This document shows positions 1 to 12,658 of a stretch of 64,000 nucleotides of DNA, in pieces. The DNA comes from Sphyrna mokarran (Eukaryota): NCBI GenBank assembly GCA_024679065.1, contig JAGIQG010000008.1, forward strand, positions 36,208,001 through 36,272,000, in the 5' to 3' direction. A program made the position numbers and the translations under genes. A model generated the notes under the pieces. That model did no database searches. It was not told the DNA's origin and saw only the letters and a program-made list of their open reading frames with translations. Position 1 is the first letter of the stretch, and each line of letters opens with the position of its first letter.

Positions 1-1700
1 TTAACAACAATGAGGTCTTTGTCTGTATTTTGACAAAGCTAGAGAACACTCAAGTTGACAGCACACTATGCCTCTTCAAACTATTAACTTTTAAAATAAC
101 ATGGTTTCAATACAAGAACTAAGTAATCTAATTAAAACATTTGATCTCCAATTAGAGATGACAGCCTATTTCATTATCATGCATTTGTCTTTAAGTTATT
201 TATTTCAAGTTGAAGAAAACAGCCTGAGCTCAGTTTTTTTTTGCCTTGCGCTGAATTAATTGCATTGAGAATTAGCTTTTAAAAGTGGCATTTTGAATAC
301 CATAAAATAATACATATTCTGTCTAGCTATAAAAAGATAGATTGTATAGTCACAATTAAGGTGACCAAATACATTTGATAATTAAATATTTTTAAAAAGT
401 ACTTGTGCATGCAGGTTTCGATTTGAAATCAGACAGTGTTTGTTATACTATTTTCTTCTTAATGAATGCACTTTGGAATATCTGGAATTATCTGTTAAGC
501 TAGCTATACATAGAGGCTTAATATACAAAAATAATTATCAATACGTTGTGTAGCATTTTCTTACCCTGACTTCCTTTTTTTAATTTGCTTTGTCTGGGTA
601 CTTGATGTAGTTTGTGAATCTGGGGCCTTAGGTCAATTTTTAAAATTTCTGGTAACTGATTTATGGCAGAATTTGGGAGCAATTGCTTTCTAAGCCACTT
701 CAATTTATCTGTCAATGATCTTTGGGTTGCCCATCTGAAATGTTCATGTCTTTGTGGTATTTGCTGTATATATACAAATTTAAATAAGAAACTTCATAGA
801 TTTACCCTAGATAAAAAATGTGCAAAATTTCAAAGTATGCAATCAAATAGAAAAGTTAATTATTAATATATAATCACTTATAAGCACAGAGGCATGTTGT
901 GTTATGCCATATGTAGAATAAGAATAGTTCTTAACGGCTTTTCTCAAGTTGAATACTGGTGTAGATGCTTTATTGTATTTTATGTATGTTGATTATATGG
1001 ACAATAATATTTGGCTATGCCATAATTGATCATAGACAATCTGCATTCTGTTCAATTTCAATTACATCTAATTCGTAAAATAATTTTGTCTGTTTTATGG
1101 AGCTTGGCAAGGTGATTAGAATAACTGTTATGGTCATAAAAGACTTAATGATTTTCACAGTCCCTTAAAAGCAACCAATCAAAAAAGGCATCTCAAACAT
1201 GCACACTGGACATCAATAGTTCTTGAATAATTTCACAAAAAGTGACCTTTTTAAAAGGAGGTCATTAATAATGAGAAAGCCATCAGATGCAGTTTTCCAT
1301 TTTAGAGCTGCCACAATGGATTCCCCAACCAGTCCCATTGCCTCTTATACCTTGCATATCCCAGCTAGTGGCTGTTTTCACTTACAGCAGTTTAAGCTTT
1401 ACATTTTGTTCCCTATCCTAGCTATTGATTTGTGTTACTTCAGAATGCTTTTGAAGCCATCCTGCATGAGTGTTCTTTGAACCATAAAGTTTGCAATGGA
1501 ACAGCAGAAGCTTGTATGGTATGTTGCATTACCTTTTGATCTACAGCGAGGCATTCAACGTTTCCATTAATAAGCTAAAGGTGAGTGAAATGAGAAGATA
1601 AAGTACAAAAAAAACTACGAGAAATTGCAAATGAGAGCAAACAGTTTAAGAAGGAAAACAGTAAATAGTAAGAGAAAATTCAGAATAAGTTTGGAGATTC

Positions 1701-2049
1701 TAGAATCATAGAATCCCTACAGTGCGGAAGAGGCCATTTCGCCCATCGTGCCTACACCGGCGACAATCCTACCTAGGCCCTTTCCTTGCAACCTCAGACC
1801 TGTTCCTTGTTACCTCAAATATTTACCCTGCTAATCCCCCTAACCTACACATCTTTGGATACTAAGGAGTAATTTAACATGGCCTATCCACTTAATCTGC
1901 ACATCTTTGGATTGTGGGAGGAAACTGGAGTAATTGGAGGAAATGCATGCAAACACAGGGAAAATGTGCAAATGCCACGCAGTTACCCAAAGGCTGGACT
2001 TGAACCAAGGCTCCTAATGCTGTGAGGTAGCAGTGCAAACCACCGTGCC
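1701..2049 (-). mobile_element. HE1-type (V-SINE) tRNA-derived SINE, near full length
   Basis: Minus strand starts ggcacggtgg, has a B-box GGTTCAAGTCC, a V-domain body (gcacattttccctgtgtttgcatg...tcccacaatccaaagatgtgcag) and a CR1-type tail (ATTCTATG)n. Confidence 0.85.
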
Positions 2050-2689
2050 ATCCTAAAGAAGTAATAATGAAAACCGAAGGATAAATTTAAATACACAGCC
2101 AGAAAGCAGTTAAGAAAAGCATTGAGGAAAATTGTGCAGTAGAACATAAGGCTACATTTACATTGATGCAACATGTTTTCAGATACCAAGACTGTTTATA
2201 ACTTGAAACACCATTTATACAACTAATGATAAGGTGGCCATAGGAAGAAAAGAACAGTTTTTATGTACTGGAGTTCCATGTACCAAGCATGCGTAGTGAC
2301 AGAGAAGTTACCTTTCTTTGGAATTTAATTTAATTTCTTCTGTTGCAATGTGCTGAGCGAAGACATCAAATTCATATACTGCTGGCTGTGTGGTATGAGG
2401 ATAGGAGGTAAAGAGGGTTAATGAAGAAAATTGGAAGCTCTGAAAATGCTTGGGGTTGTCTGTGGAGCGCTGAAATCATTAACAGCTGTAGACAATTGCA
2501 GGAAGAGGGAGATTGAGGATTGAGTGTGGTACATGAGAAATGGAAAAGGAGATTATGAAATATGGCAGGATGGCATAAATGGAGAGGAATTGAGAGAATG
2601 TCCTCCCTCAGTCAGCTTGAGATGACCTCCAGAATAACAGCTATTCTGGTAAATGCATTGGAGATAATTTAGAGAAGGTTATCTAGATT

Positions 2690-3195
2690 TTGATACTTGC
2701 AATGAATGCTCTGTCTTATGGGGAAAGGTGAAGTATTCATGATCCTGAATGGTATGGACAGGGTTACATGGAAAGGATGTTTCCTGTTGTGAGTGAGTCC
2801 AAAACAAGGAGGTACTGTTTTAAAATTAAGATTTGCTGTTAGAACAAGATAAGGAGACATTTTTTCTGAGGTTTGTGTGACTTTGGAACACTCGGAGTGG
2901 AATATTTTTTTATTCCTCCCGCCCTGGGAATTATAGCAGTTGGAGATGGACCATGCAATATTTGTTGACCTCAGGTGGGAATTTCTGCCCTTGGGGCAAG
3001 CACTGCTGGAAAATCCCACTCACTGCTTCAGAAGTCAGTGGGAGCAGGTTTATTTAATATTTTTCAGTCAGAGATAGATTCTTGTTAGGCAATGGAGTTG
3101 CGGATCATCAGGGGTAGATTGGAATGTGGGAGTCCATGATCTTACTGAATGGCAGAGGGCCCAAATGGCCTACTTCTCCTATTTTGTACGTTTGT
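2690..3195 (+). mobile_element. Old CR1 3' end
   Basis: Degenerate CR1 C-terminus and the tail gaatggcagagggcccaaatggcctact. Confidence 0.6.
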
Positions 3196-3231
3196 CAAAA
3201 TCTGCAAAATTCTCAGCTGCTGATTACCTTA

Positions 3232-5340
3232 AAAAAAATTATTTCACAGTTGTGAGCTTTGCTAACTAGCTCATCATGTTATTGTCCATCGTTGTTTGTC
3301 CTTGAGAAGGCGGTGGTAAGCTGCTACTTGAATCCATAACTTGTAGGCATGTCCATTGTGCTGTTAGGAAAAGAGTTCCAGCATTTTTGACTTAGTGACA
3401 ATGAAGGAGTGACAATATAGTTCCAGGTCAGGCTAATATGAGTAGTGGGTAATTTGCAGGTGGTGGTGTTCCCATGCTTCTGCACTGCTCTTCAAGATGT
3501 TATTCATCACTGTTTTGAAAGAAGTTTGTCTAAGGAGCCTAGATGAATTGCTGCGGTACATCTTGTATGTGATGCACATTGCTGTAACTGTGCGTCAGTG
3601 GTGGATTAAGTGCCAATCAAGTTGGCTGCCTTATCCTAGTTGGTTCAAACTTCTTGTGTTGGAGCTACACTTGTCCAGACAAGTGGAGAGTGTTCCTTCA
3701 TAATATTGACTTTTGCCTTGTGAATAGTGGACAGGCTTTGAGGAGTCAGGAAGTGAGTTATTTGCCACAGAAGTCCCAGCCTCTGACTTACCCTTATAGC
3801 CACAGTATTTATATGGTCGGTTCAGTTGAGTTTCTGGTTAATGGTAACACCTAGGATATTGCTGGTGGGGCATTCAGCAATGGTAATGCCATTATATATC
3901 ATAGGGAGATGATTAGATTCTCTGTTTGTGATTGACATTGCCTGATATGGTGCGAATGTTAAACCAAAAGAGAAAATGCTGGAAAGTCTCAGCAGGTATG
4001 GCATCATTTGTAAGGAGCGAAAAGAACTGACACTTTGAGTCAAAGGGTCATCTGAACTTGAAACGTCAGCTTTTTTCTCTCCTTACAGATGCCACCAGAT
4101 TGCTGAGATTTTCCAGCATTTTCTCTTTTGATTTCAGATTCCAACATCTACAGTAATTTGCTTTTATACTTATTATTATGTGATGCGAATGTTACTTGCC
4201 ACTTATTAGTCCAGGCCTTCCTGCATATGGACATGGACTGCTTCAGTATCTGAGAAGTTGTGAATGGTGCTGAATGTTATGCAATCATCAGTGAGCAATG
4301 GTCACTGATGAAGCAGCCAAAGATGATTATGTAGATCACTATGCTGAGGAAGTTCTGCAGCAATGCCTGGGACAAAGGCCACCACTTTCCTTTGTGCTAG
4401 ATATGATGCCAAATAGTAGAAGGTTTTCTTTCTTGGTTTGTGGGTATTGCTAATGAGACCAGTATTTATTGTCCATCCCTAATTGTCCTTGAAGTGAATG
4501 CTTGCTGTGTCAGACGGCACTTAAGAGTCAACCATGTTGCATGAGTCTGAAGTCACATGTAGGCCAGACCAGGTTGGGACATTAGTAAACAACAAATTCC
4601 AGATTTTATTAATTGAATTTAAATTCTACCATCTGCTCAGTGTTAAATTCCAGTGTTGTGGGATTTAAACCCATCTCCCCAGACCATTAGCTTGGGCATT
4701 GGGATTACTAGTCCAGTGATGTTACCATCACATCAGTATTTTGCTTGGACTCCTTCATGTCACATTTAATCAACTGTTGTCTTGATGTTAAAAGCAAAGA
4801 CTTTCAGCCAGCTATTAAGTTCAACTCATTTGTCCATATTTGGACCTAGACTGTAATTAGATCAGGAACTGTGTGGCCCTGGCAGAACCCAAGCTGAGCC
4901 TCAGTGAGTATGTTATTGCTGAGTAATTGCTGCTTGATAAGCACTGCCGTTTCATCACTTGCTGATATTTTTGAATGGATTGATGGTGCAAAAATTGACT
5001 GGAAATGCCCTAATTGTGGTCGGGACTTACTTGGACAATTTTCCACGTTGCTGGATAGATGCCAGTGTTATATCTGCATTGGAACTGCTTGATTAGGTTT
5101 GCAGCAAGTTCTGGAGTAACAAGTCTTCAATGCAGTTGCCAGAACGTTGTCAGGCCCCATAGCCTTTGCGGTAATCAGTGTCTACAGCATTTTTTGACCC
5201 CATGAGAAGTCAATTGAATTGGCTGAACACTGGCATCTCTGATACTGGAGACCTCTGGTGAAGACTGACATGGGTCATGCACCTGGCACTCCTGGCTCAC
5301 AATTGTTGCAAATGTTTCAGTCTTATCTTTTGCCTTCTCA
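3232..5340 (-). mobile_element. CR1/L2-superfamily LINE (second family), fragmented
   Basis: Minus strand AQLGFCQGHTVPDLIT and NILGVTINQKLN; colinear with 47095-48430. Confidence 0.75.
3962..4183. mobile_element. Miniature fold-back element (family B, probably PLE-derived) inserted into a LINE
   Basis: Arms aaaagagaaaatgctggaaa.tctcagca and tgctgagattttccagcattttctctttt; partial hammerhead ...GAAACGTC; 11-bp direct repeat TGCGAATGTTA at 3951-3961 and 4184-4194. Confidence 0.75.
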
Positions 5341-6931
5341 TGGTTTATGTGGTTATTCCAATAATATATTAGTAGAATCAAACCTCCAAGAATGCCTGCA
5401 TCCAGACAAATTAATTTTGCCAATATTGCCAGATACTGATTTAGCTGCCAATTTCCACCACAGCCGTTGCCATCACCCAGCCACCACTATCTTCACCAAC
5501 TGCAACAGGGATGGAGTTTATCCTTTCCAAGCACTTTTGCCCTACATTAGTCACATTGCCATTCCAGTAGATCCCAATCTGATGAACAAGAAAGGGATTA
5601 AAAAATCACAATCCCCTGGACAGGGTCCAGAATTTGGTCATGATCTCAGATGATGAAGAAATACTACTATATAGACAGCCAGTATTGCAGTATATACAAA
5701 TGAAAGAAACTTGATGCAAGTCCCCTAGGTATACCGAGTTTTCAGATTTCATGGTCATTAGATTGATGTTGATTCATAATCATGCCTTGTTTCATTAGTG
5801 CCTTTCAACCTGTTTTCTTTAAAGACAGATGCACACACGTGGTAGCATGTGGAAGATCTTAAGAGTCTGATAGACATGAGGTCATTGGGCCTCACCATAG
5901 TTTAAGTAAATATTGTACAGTTGTTGGTCATACTGTTGGTTGCTGGGGTCTTTTTATGGGACTGAGCACTAATGTTGAACCAGAAGATGCATGAAATTTG
6001 TAATGGCTGTCCACAAGCTAAGCCATGAAAGATCAATTAATGTGTATACGTTAAATCTTTACTGATTCAATGCCTCTTGACACAGTCAATCCAAGACATT
6101 GATGGGAGTGATGACTAAAATGATCAAATGTGTATAATGGAAATTGCATCCAAAATTATGTGTCTTCCCATCAGAGATTGAGTCTGCATTTGATTGCTAT
6201 TCAGTCTTAAGTTTTGATTATTTTCAAGAAAGACTGATGCTAATAGCTTTGCTGGTTGAAAAGCATTTCAAATAGAGAAAAAACAATTAGAGTGAATTTT
6301 CAGAGTCTCAGACAATTAAAAATCATTGCATCATCTCTGTACTTTGGTTCAAAAATGGAAGCTTCCTTTTTTCCCCAGTATATTGTCAAACCGAAACAAT
6401 TCTCTCCAATTCTTGATATTGATTCTCTAGCCACCCCTCCCCAATAAGATCTAGGCTGCCTGGAATTCAGATGGAGTGAATGAGGTGGAGGGGGAAGAGC
6501 TGCAGAATGCAGTCAAACTGGGTAGGTATAAGAGACCATGAATCTTTAACTAGTATGCCATTTGCTACTAGACCATTAAACCTCCTTGCTTGTTCTCATT
6601 GCCAGATGCTGAGATGATGATCCCATCCCTATCCCAGTCTTTCCTGTGCTCTAGAAACAGCATCTAGTGTTGCTCAACCCAAAGCACATCAGCATCTGCA
6701 GACCTTGCTTGTTCATTTTGCTACTATCTTGAACTGCATAATTCTCCTGTTTGCCCCTGGTTTTACAGGTGCCTGCAATTTGGCACAAGTGCAGTGATTT
6801 TTCCTTTGCAGCAACCAGAGGGCTGTTGGCCGTTCCTTTCTCTTTTTGCAATTTGTATGGAATGTGTATTGTTAACTGATCAATTTTTCACCTCAGTGTT
6901 ATTGGTTAGAGATTTGCGTAGTTCAGTTAAA

Positions 6932-7053
6932 TAAAAGCAACTTGCGGATGCTGGAATCTGAAACAAAAACAGATAATGCTGAAGATCTCAGCAAATCCCT
7001 CCACAAATGCTGTCAGGCCTGCTGAGATTTTCCAGTATTTTCTGTTTTTGTTT
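6932..7053. mobile_element. Miniature fold-back element (family B)
   Basis: Arms aaacaaaaacagataatgctg...ctcagca and tgctgagattttccagtattttctgtttttgttt. Confidence 0.7.
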
Positions 7054-8249
7054 AATTCAGAAAGACCTTGGTCTGTGTATTTTTGTTTTTGTCATTGGAT
7101 TTCCATTCAAATACATCTATCAGATCATTCAGAGTACATCTATCAGTGAAGTAAGTAGATGGTTGAGTATAATGAGATGGTGCACTGTCTTTGAATTTTA
7201 CCATGAATGGCCATGTGAGCTGATTGACAACCTGCACGTTATTTGAGTTTAGGTAGTTCTGAGAAATAGAACTGTTTAATGTCTTTTGTTTTCACAATCT
7301 ATCTTCAGATTAAGAACATAAGAAATAGGAGTTGGGTCTCTTGAACAGCCATTCAATACAATCACAGCTGGTCTTCCAGACTTTGGACCCTGCCCATTGA
7401 CTTCAAAAATACCCAGTTGAGCCAAACTCCACATTTGAACCTCCTATTTGTCAAAAGTTAGATTATATTTTACAATGTTGTTGAGCCCCAGGACTTCACT
7501 GCACCTCCTTCTGCTGACATGATATTGGCACCATGGTAGCCCTCTGGTACAAAGTCTCAACACCTCAGCTCTGGCTAATCAGAGAATCCTTTCCCTCAGC
7601 TTTGACAATTTGCAAAAGTATTCCCATAACCGTGCAGCACTAAAGTTATGTCCTCTTCCCCAAGACCAGTTGCTGAATGCTGGGAAGCTATCTCCAATCT
7701 AGTATATCTTGCCTAACGTCTTTTGTATGCTAAGATAAAAATTCAAAACTTGGGTAAGATGGCTTTTTGATCTGAACAACCTTAAAGGATATCCATTCTT
7801 TGTATAATTAGTGCATTTTTTTTGGCTTATATGCTGTTTAATGGGAGAAGAGTTATACAGTACAGTGTCTCAAATCGAGCAGTTCAAAAACTGGACTTTT
7901 ATTAGAATATGCTGTGAATCAATTTTAATTAAGTAAAAATAGATAAAAAAAGACAATTCAACTAGACCTAGCATTGGCACGATCTTGCGCCTGACTAGTT
8001 ATCCTTTACTTAATTGTGTGCGAGTCTATTCCCATGCTTTGAGCAACTCTTGACCATCTCATCCATCCTGACCCAAACTGTCTAATCTGACATTCAGCAT
8101 GGTCTCTTAAGTTGAGATTTCTAGTTTCGGGGCATTACTTGTTCCATGCATGCACAAAGTATTATTTTGCTTGTAATGTTGGTTACTCTGAAGACCACAA
8201 CATCTCACTCATAATTAGAATCACCAGATCATCGGAGTGCAATTGTTGT

Positions 8250-8395
8250 TTAGCAAGGAAATTTTGTCTTGTTATTGTCACGTTGCTTTTGTGGGAGCTT
8301 GTGCGCAACTTGGCAGTTATGTTTCTTAAATCGATAGTGATTACATTTCAAAAGTACTTTTTCTGGGAATTCCTGAAGTTGTGAAAAGTATAAAT
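8250..8395 (+). mobile_element. Deu-domain SINE (SacSINE1/AmnSINE-like) 3' fragment
   Basis: tttgtgggagcttgtgcgcaacttggcag...acatttcaaaagtact...cctgaagttgtgaaa resembles the DeuSINE 3' consensus as I recall it. Confidence 0.55.
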
Positions 8396-9337
8396 TGAGT
8401 GCCTAGCTAGGCCACTTCAGAACTGTACTGTAATAAGGGTTTGCAAGTTTCTGAAGTTAGTTGGTTGGGTTTTGGGACAGTCTAACAGATTTAGCTTTGG
8501 TTTTATTTCTGTTGCCAGCCTGTAAATGACTAGATTTATTAATTTTCATTTTCACAATGCACAGCCACAATGTTTGAAATCATCATCTCTCAATTCCTGT
8601 TCCACAACCACTACGTTCCTGCATCTGTTCTTTCTCTCAATGTTATTGTAATTCTAGTATTTAGAAAAGGTAAAAGGTACAACTTAGGCAGGTAAAATGA
8701 GATGTTACAGCAAAGAAGGCCACTGATTTACAGTTTAATCAAAAACTGGACAGTCTCAGCATTTAATCTTCTGAATACTACAATTATAAAGCTGCTGCTT
8801 TCAATCACTGTGAATCAGTAGCATTGATAATGTGCTGTGAATGAAATGGTATGTCGCCATCATTGTATCATCTGATTCATGATAAATACTCGTTAATCAT
8901 TGATTTGTGCATATTTCTTTTAAGTTCCGTACTCTGATGCACGTTTAATTGAAAGTTTAACTATCTTAGTACATATTATTTTCTGTAGATGATTTTGTGA
9001 TGATCTCAGTGACACACAATTGCTGCTGTTTTATAGTGAGTACATTTGCCCTAATTATGCATTCTGATCATTTGCTTCCCAAAAAAATACTCAGAATGCT
9101 TTTTGAAATTTTTTAGCATATTTTCCCCTATCTAACTGAGAATCCTTTTGAGTGTGTCCATAATAAATGGTTCTTAAAACATGATTTTGTTTTTCCATTT
9201 ATGGTCTTCTGTGTAGTTTGTCTTCAAAATTAAATACAATTCCTAACTTTGTCAGTTTAATGTACAAGTAATGTGAAAATCCAACAATTCTTTTAAAAAA
9301 AAGAATAGTTTGAGGGTGAGCTATTGCAAGAGGCAAA

Positions 9338-9400
9338 TACAGTAAGAAGTCCCACAACACCAGGTTAAAGTCTAACAAGTTTATTTGATAGTAAACCCCA
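9338..9400 (-). mobile_element. Short PLE (family A) terminal fragment
   Basis: cagtaagaagtcccacaacaccaggttaaagtctaacaagtttatttgatagtaaac is the reverse complement of the pLTR end seen at 49145-49200. Confidence 0.65.
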
Positions 9401-10639
9401 AGAGGCAAAGGCAGAGTAGCATAAATTGAAAATGAAAACATTGGAAATTCTCAAAACGGTGTTTCCCTTCTCAACTTGCTGGTTAGTTCCCACATTAATG
9501 ACGTATGCAGTGTAGACTGACAGCTTTTCTCTGTTTTGCGAGTTAGCTGTATAACAATGCTTCTTTCGCTTCCCAAACCAGCCTGAATTTCTGTCTGGAG
9601 CAGACTGATCTTCGGGATTGGTTTGGTACATGGATTCCACCCATTATCCTAAACCAATTCACGATTCCAAAGTGATAGAATAAATTGTTGGGTGGTCTGG
9701 TGGCGGTCTGTCACACAGGAAACTGAAACAGCAAAATTCACCAAGTGCAAGTGTTAAAAAGAATGTCAATTCAAAGAGGCAGAAGCACCTAAACATTTTT
9801 GATATAGTTGAAATGTAGGCTTCTGAAAGAGCCAAAATAATTTTTGTAAAGGCACACGGGCAGGAGAGGAAAATTCAGCATTAGTCAGGCTATCATTCCA
9901 ATAATGGATTTCTGCCCATTATTCACCCCTTCCCAATTATTCCTCAGAAATTGCTGGTGCCTGGGGATACTGATATGCATTGTTACTTACTGGTTTGTTA
10001 CTAAATGTCATAGGTAGGCTTACTTCATAAAGCTGTTGCTTGTAACATAATTATGCAATTGAAATATGTCCCCTACTCTACATAAAAATTGCTACAAACC
10101 ACTTTTTCTTGATTAAATTGACTGTCTTGCTTATTCAAGCAACAGTTTTACATACATTATTCAATTTGAACAATAAGGCAGGACAAGAATAAATATTAAC
10201 TTGAAATGGGAGATTTATCATTAGGATGCTTTCAAATCAGCTGGTCACTGACAATTGTGATTATTCAGCCCTTGTTTTAATCTTTCATCCTTTCTATGCT
10301 ACAAAGTTAATTGTAAGTGCAAAATAACATTTGAGGTAATCTTCTAGTATCAGTGATCTGTTAGAAAGTATTCCTGAAGTGATAGCAAGGCAACAATGTT
10401 AGTAACATTTAGTTTTGAATCTGCAATTTTTAGCTTTGCAGTTTGGTTTAATTGGGCTTTTTTTTTGAAAAAATGGTTGAATTGCATTAGATAAGATCTG
10501 TAGCCAAGGCACATTTGCAAACATTGCACAGGTTCTGTACAGGTTCCTGATGTCCTTCTTTATACTTCAGGAAGGACTCAGGAGTAAATGGAGTACTATA
10601 CACAGTAAAGTTCCAAATTGTTTTAGTACCTCATCATGG

Positions 10640-12345
10640 CACATTATGTATGCTTGCAATAATGCTTGAATTCAGCCCACAGTTAAATGTAGGGATCAAA
10701 AACCAGCAGGAATGGATACAGTTACAGATAACAATTTGGCGTTATTAAGAGAGGGTTGGGAATTTTGAGCTATTGAGCCCAATAGATCTGTATTAGATTT
10801 GGGGAGAAAGAAACAGTTAATATTTCAGATTGAACTGGAAAAGGAAGATTTGTTAAATGCATTATATGAAATGAAGAATGTTAAATAATAGGTGTTATAA
10901 GGAAATCTAAGAATAGTAAAGGAAAGGAGAAAATATAGATCAAATAATTAGAATGAATCTCCAGGATTTGTTAATTCCCACTCTAAGACATTAAAAAATG
11001 GGCAGAGAGATTGCAGATGCATTAGTCAGAATTTTTTCCGGATTCAGGAATCATGTCATTTTTTGAGGTATGGAAAATTGCAAATATCAGTCCATTATTT
11101 AGGAAGGAAGGGAGAAACTGGCTAATAGAGAATCTGTCAGTGTAATGTCAGTTGTGAAGATGTTATTAGTCATCGGAGGCAGTTGTTCAAGTGCCCAGTC
11201 ATTGACTCTGATTAGATGATGATGCAACGTGAACTTACAAAAGATAGAGCATGTCTAATAAATCTAGTTGAAATGTTGTCAATGTGATGATATATCAAGG
11301 AACATTTATTGATCTTGTCTATATGCATGTCCAGGAGGCAGATTCTACACAAGAGATTATTAACAGAAATGGGACCTTATAACACAGGCTTATAATTGGT
11401 TGAGAGTATAGTATATAAAATCTGTTGTGATTCATAAGGACATAACAATTTGTGTTCCTTCAGAATATTTGCTAAATTCTGAGCTTTTCACTATATCATG
11501 AACTGGAAAAGTAATTTCCGACTTTCCATGCTTTAATACTCAAGTTGCAGGTAATACTAACTTAGCAGAAACAGTAATTGGTGTGGACTAAAATTGGGGC
11601 ATAGATTAGTATGTGGGTAGAACTGGCAAATGGAATTTGATGTGGAGATCTGAGAGATCATCCACTTTGCATTTGAGAAATGTAAATTTTCATTTTTTTA
11701 ATGATAAGACTAGTACTGTGGATGAATGAAGGGATTCAGATGTTCGTCTACACAAGTGCACTGACATACGAAATAATCAAAAAAACTCAATGGAATGTTG
11801 GCCTTTATCTTAGTGATTGGCATTCTAAAGTGAAAATATGATATTTCATTTGTTTGGCAGGCCCTAACTGACTAAATGATTCAGTCCTGAGCACTGAGGA
11901 AAGTCTCAGGAAAAATGTCTACTGAACATACTCCACTTTGGAAGGGGCACAAGACAAATTTACTAAAATTAGAACAAATTATAGACTAAATTATGAGGAC
12001 AAGTTGACTTGTATTTCCTTAGTTTAGGAGGTTGCTAGGTGCTCATTATTTAATTTGTTCATTACAGTAAAGTGGGTTATCTGGATTATAAAGGAGTAAT
12101 AAAGTAAGAACTAGGCTACTTAGAAGTGAAATCAGGAAGCACTTAACATGCAAACAGTAGTGAGTATATTTCTCAAGTTAGTTGAAAATTTCAAGACTGG
12201 GATGACTAGAATTTTGTATTGTAGACAGCTGGTGAGAAGTGTGCAACAAAAGCAGATAGTGAATTTGAAATATAGATCAGTCACGATCTAATTGAATAGC
12301 ACAGCAGGCTTGAGGGACTGAGTGGCCTACTTCTATATTCATATT
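10640..12345 (+). mobile_element. Very old CR1
   Basis: Degenerate WKIANI.PLF.KG (tggaaaattgcaaatatcagtccattatttaggaagg), tggcaaatggaattt, atgttggcctttat and the tail gggactgagtggcctact. Confidence 0.7.
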
Positions 12346-12416
12346 CCTAAGAAAAAGGGTTGTTGTAACAGGTTTATGATGTTGCATTAATTGTAACATC
12401 CCTAATTGATATACAG

Positions 12417-12658
12417 GTATGACCACGTGAAGCCATCAAACCAAGGATTGTCGGAGGTTCAGAGTGGTCCTACGCCATTGATCCCGAAGGATTCTGCCAC
12501 CGCATCAGCTACTAAACTTACTCCACTTACCAAATTAAATGGTGAAATGAGCACAAAAACAGTGATTGAGGAATCCAACCCTGCAACATCAAGCTCAAAC
12601 CTGGAGGACTGGGTTAATGCAGCAGAGTTTATACCTGGACAGCCATACTGTGGACGAA
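12417..12658 (+). CDS. MKRN1: Makorin-1 coding exon (exon 3 equivalent), includes PAM2-like motif
   Basis: Acceptor atacag|G at 12416/12417 and donor A|gtaagc at 12659. Encodes (R)YDHVKP...EDWVNAAEFIPGQPYCGR, matching the vertebrate MKRN1 WVNAxEFxPGQPYCGR segment. Confidence 0.93.

Noticed and set aside
5258-5653. 131-aa ORF
   Set aside because: It partly overlaps antisense LINE sequence and has no recognisable domain or splice context.
1-12416. MKRN1 exons 1-2
   Set aside because: I found no N-terminal C3H zinc-finger coding sequence or CpG island; these exons probably lie upstream of the window.
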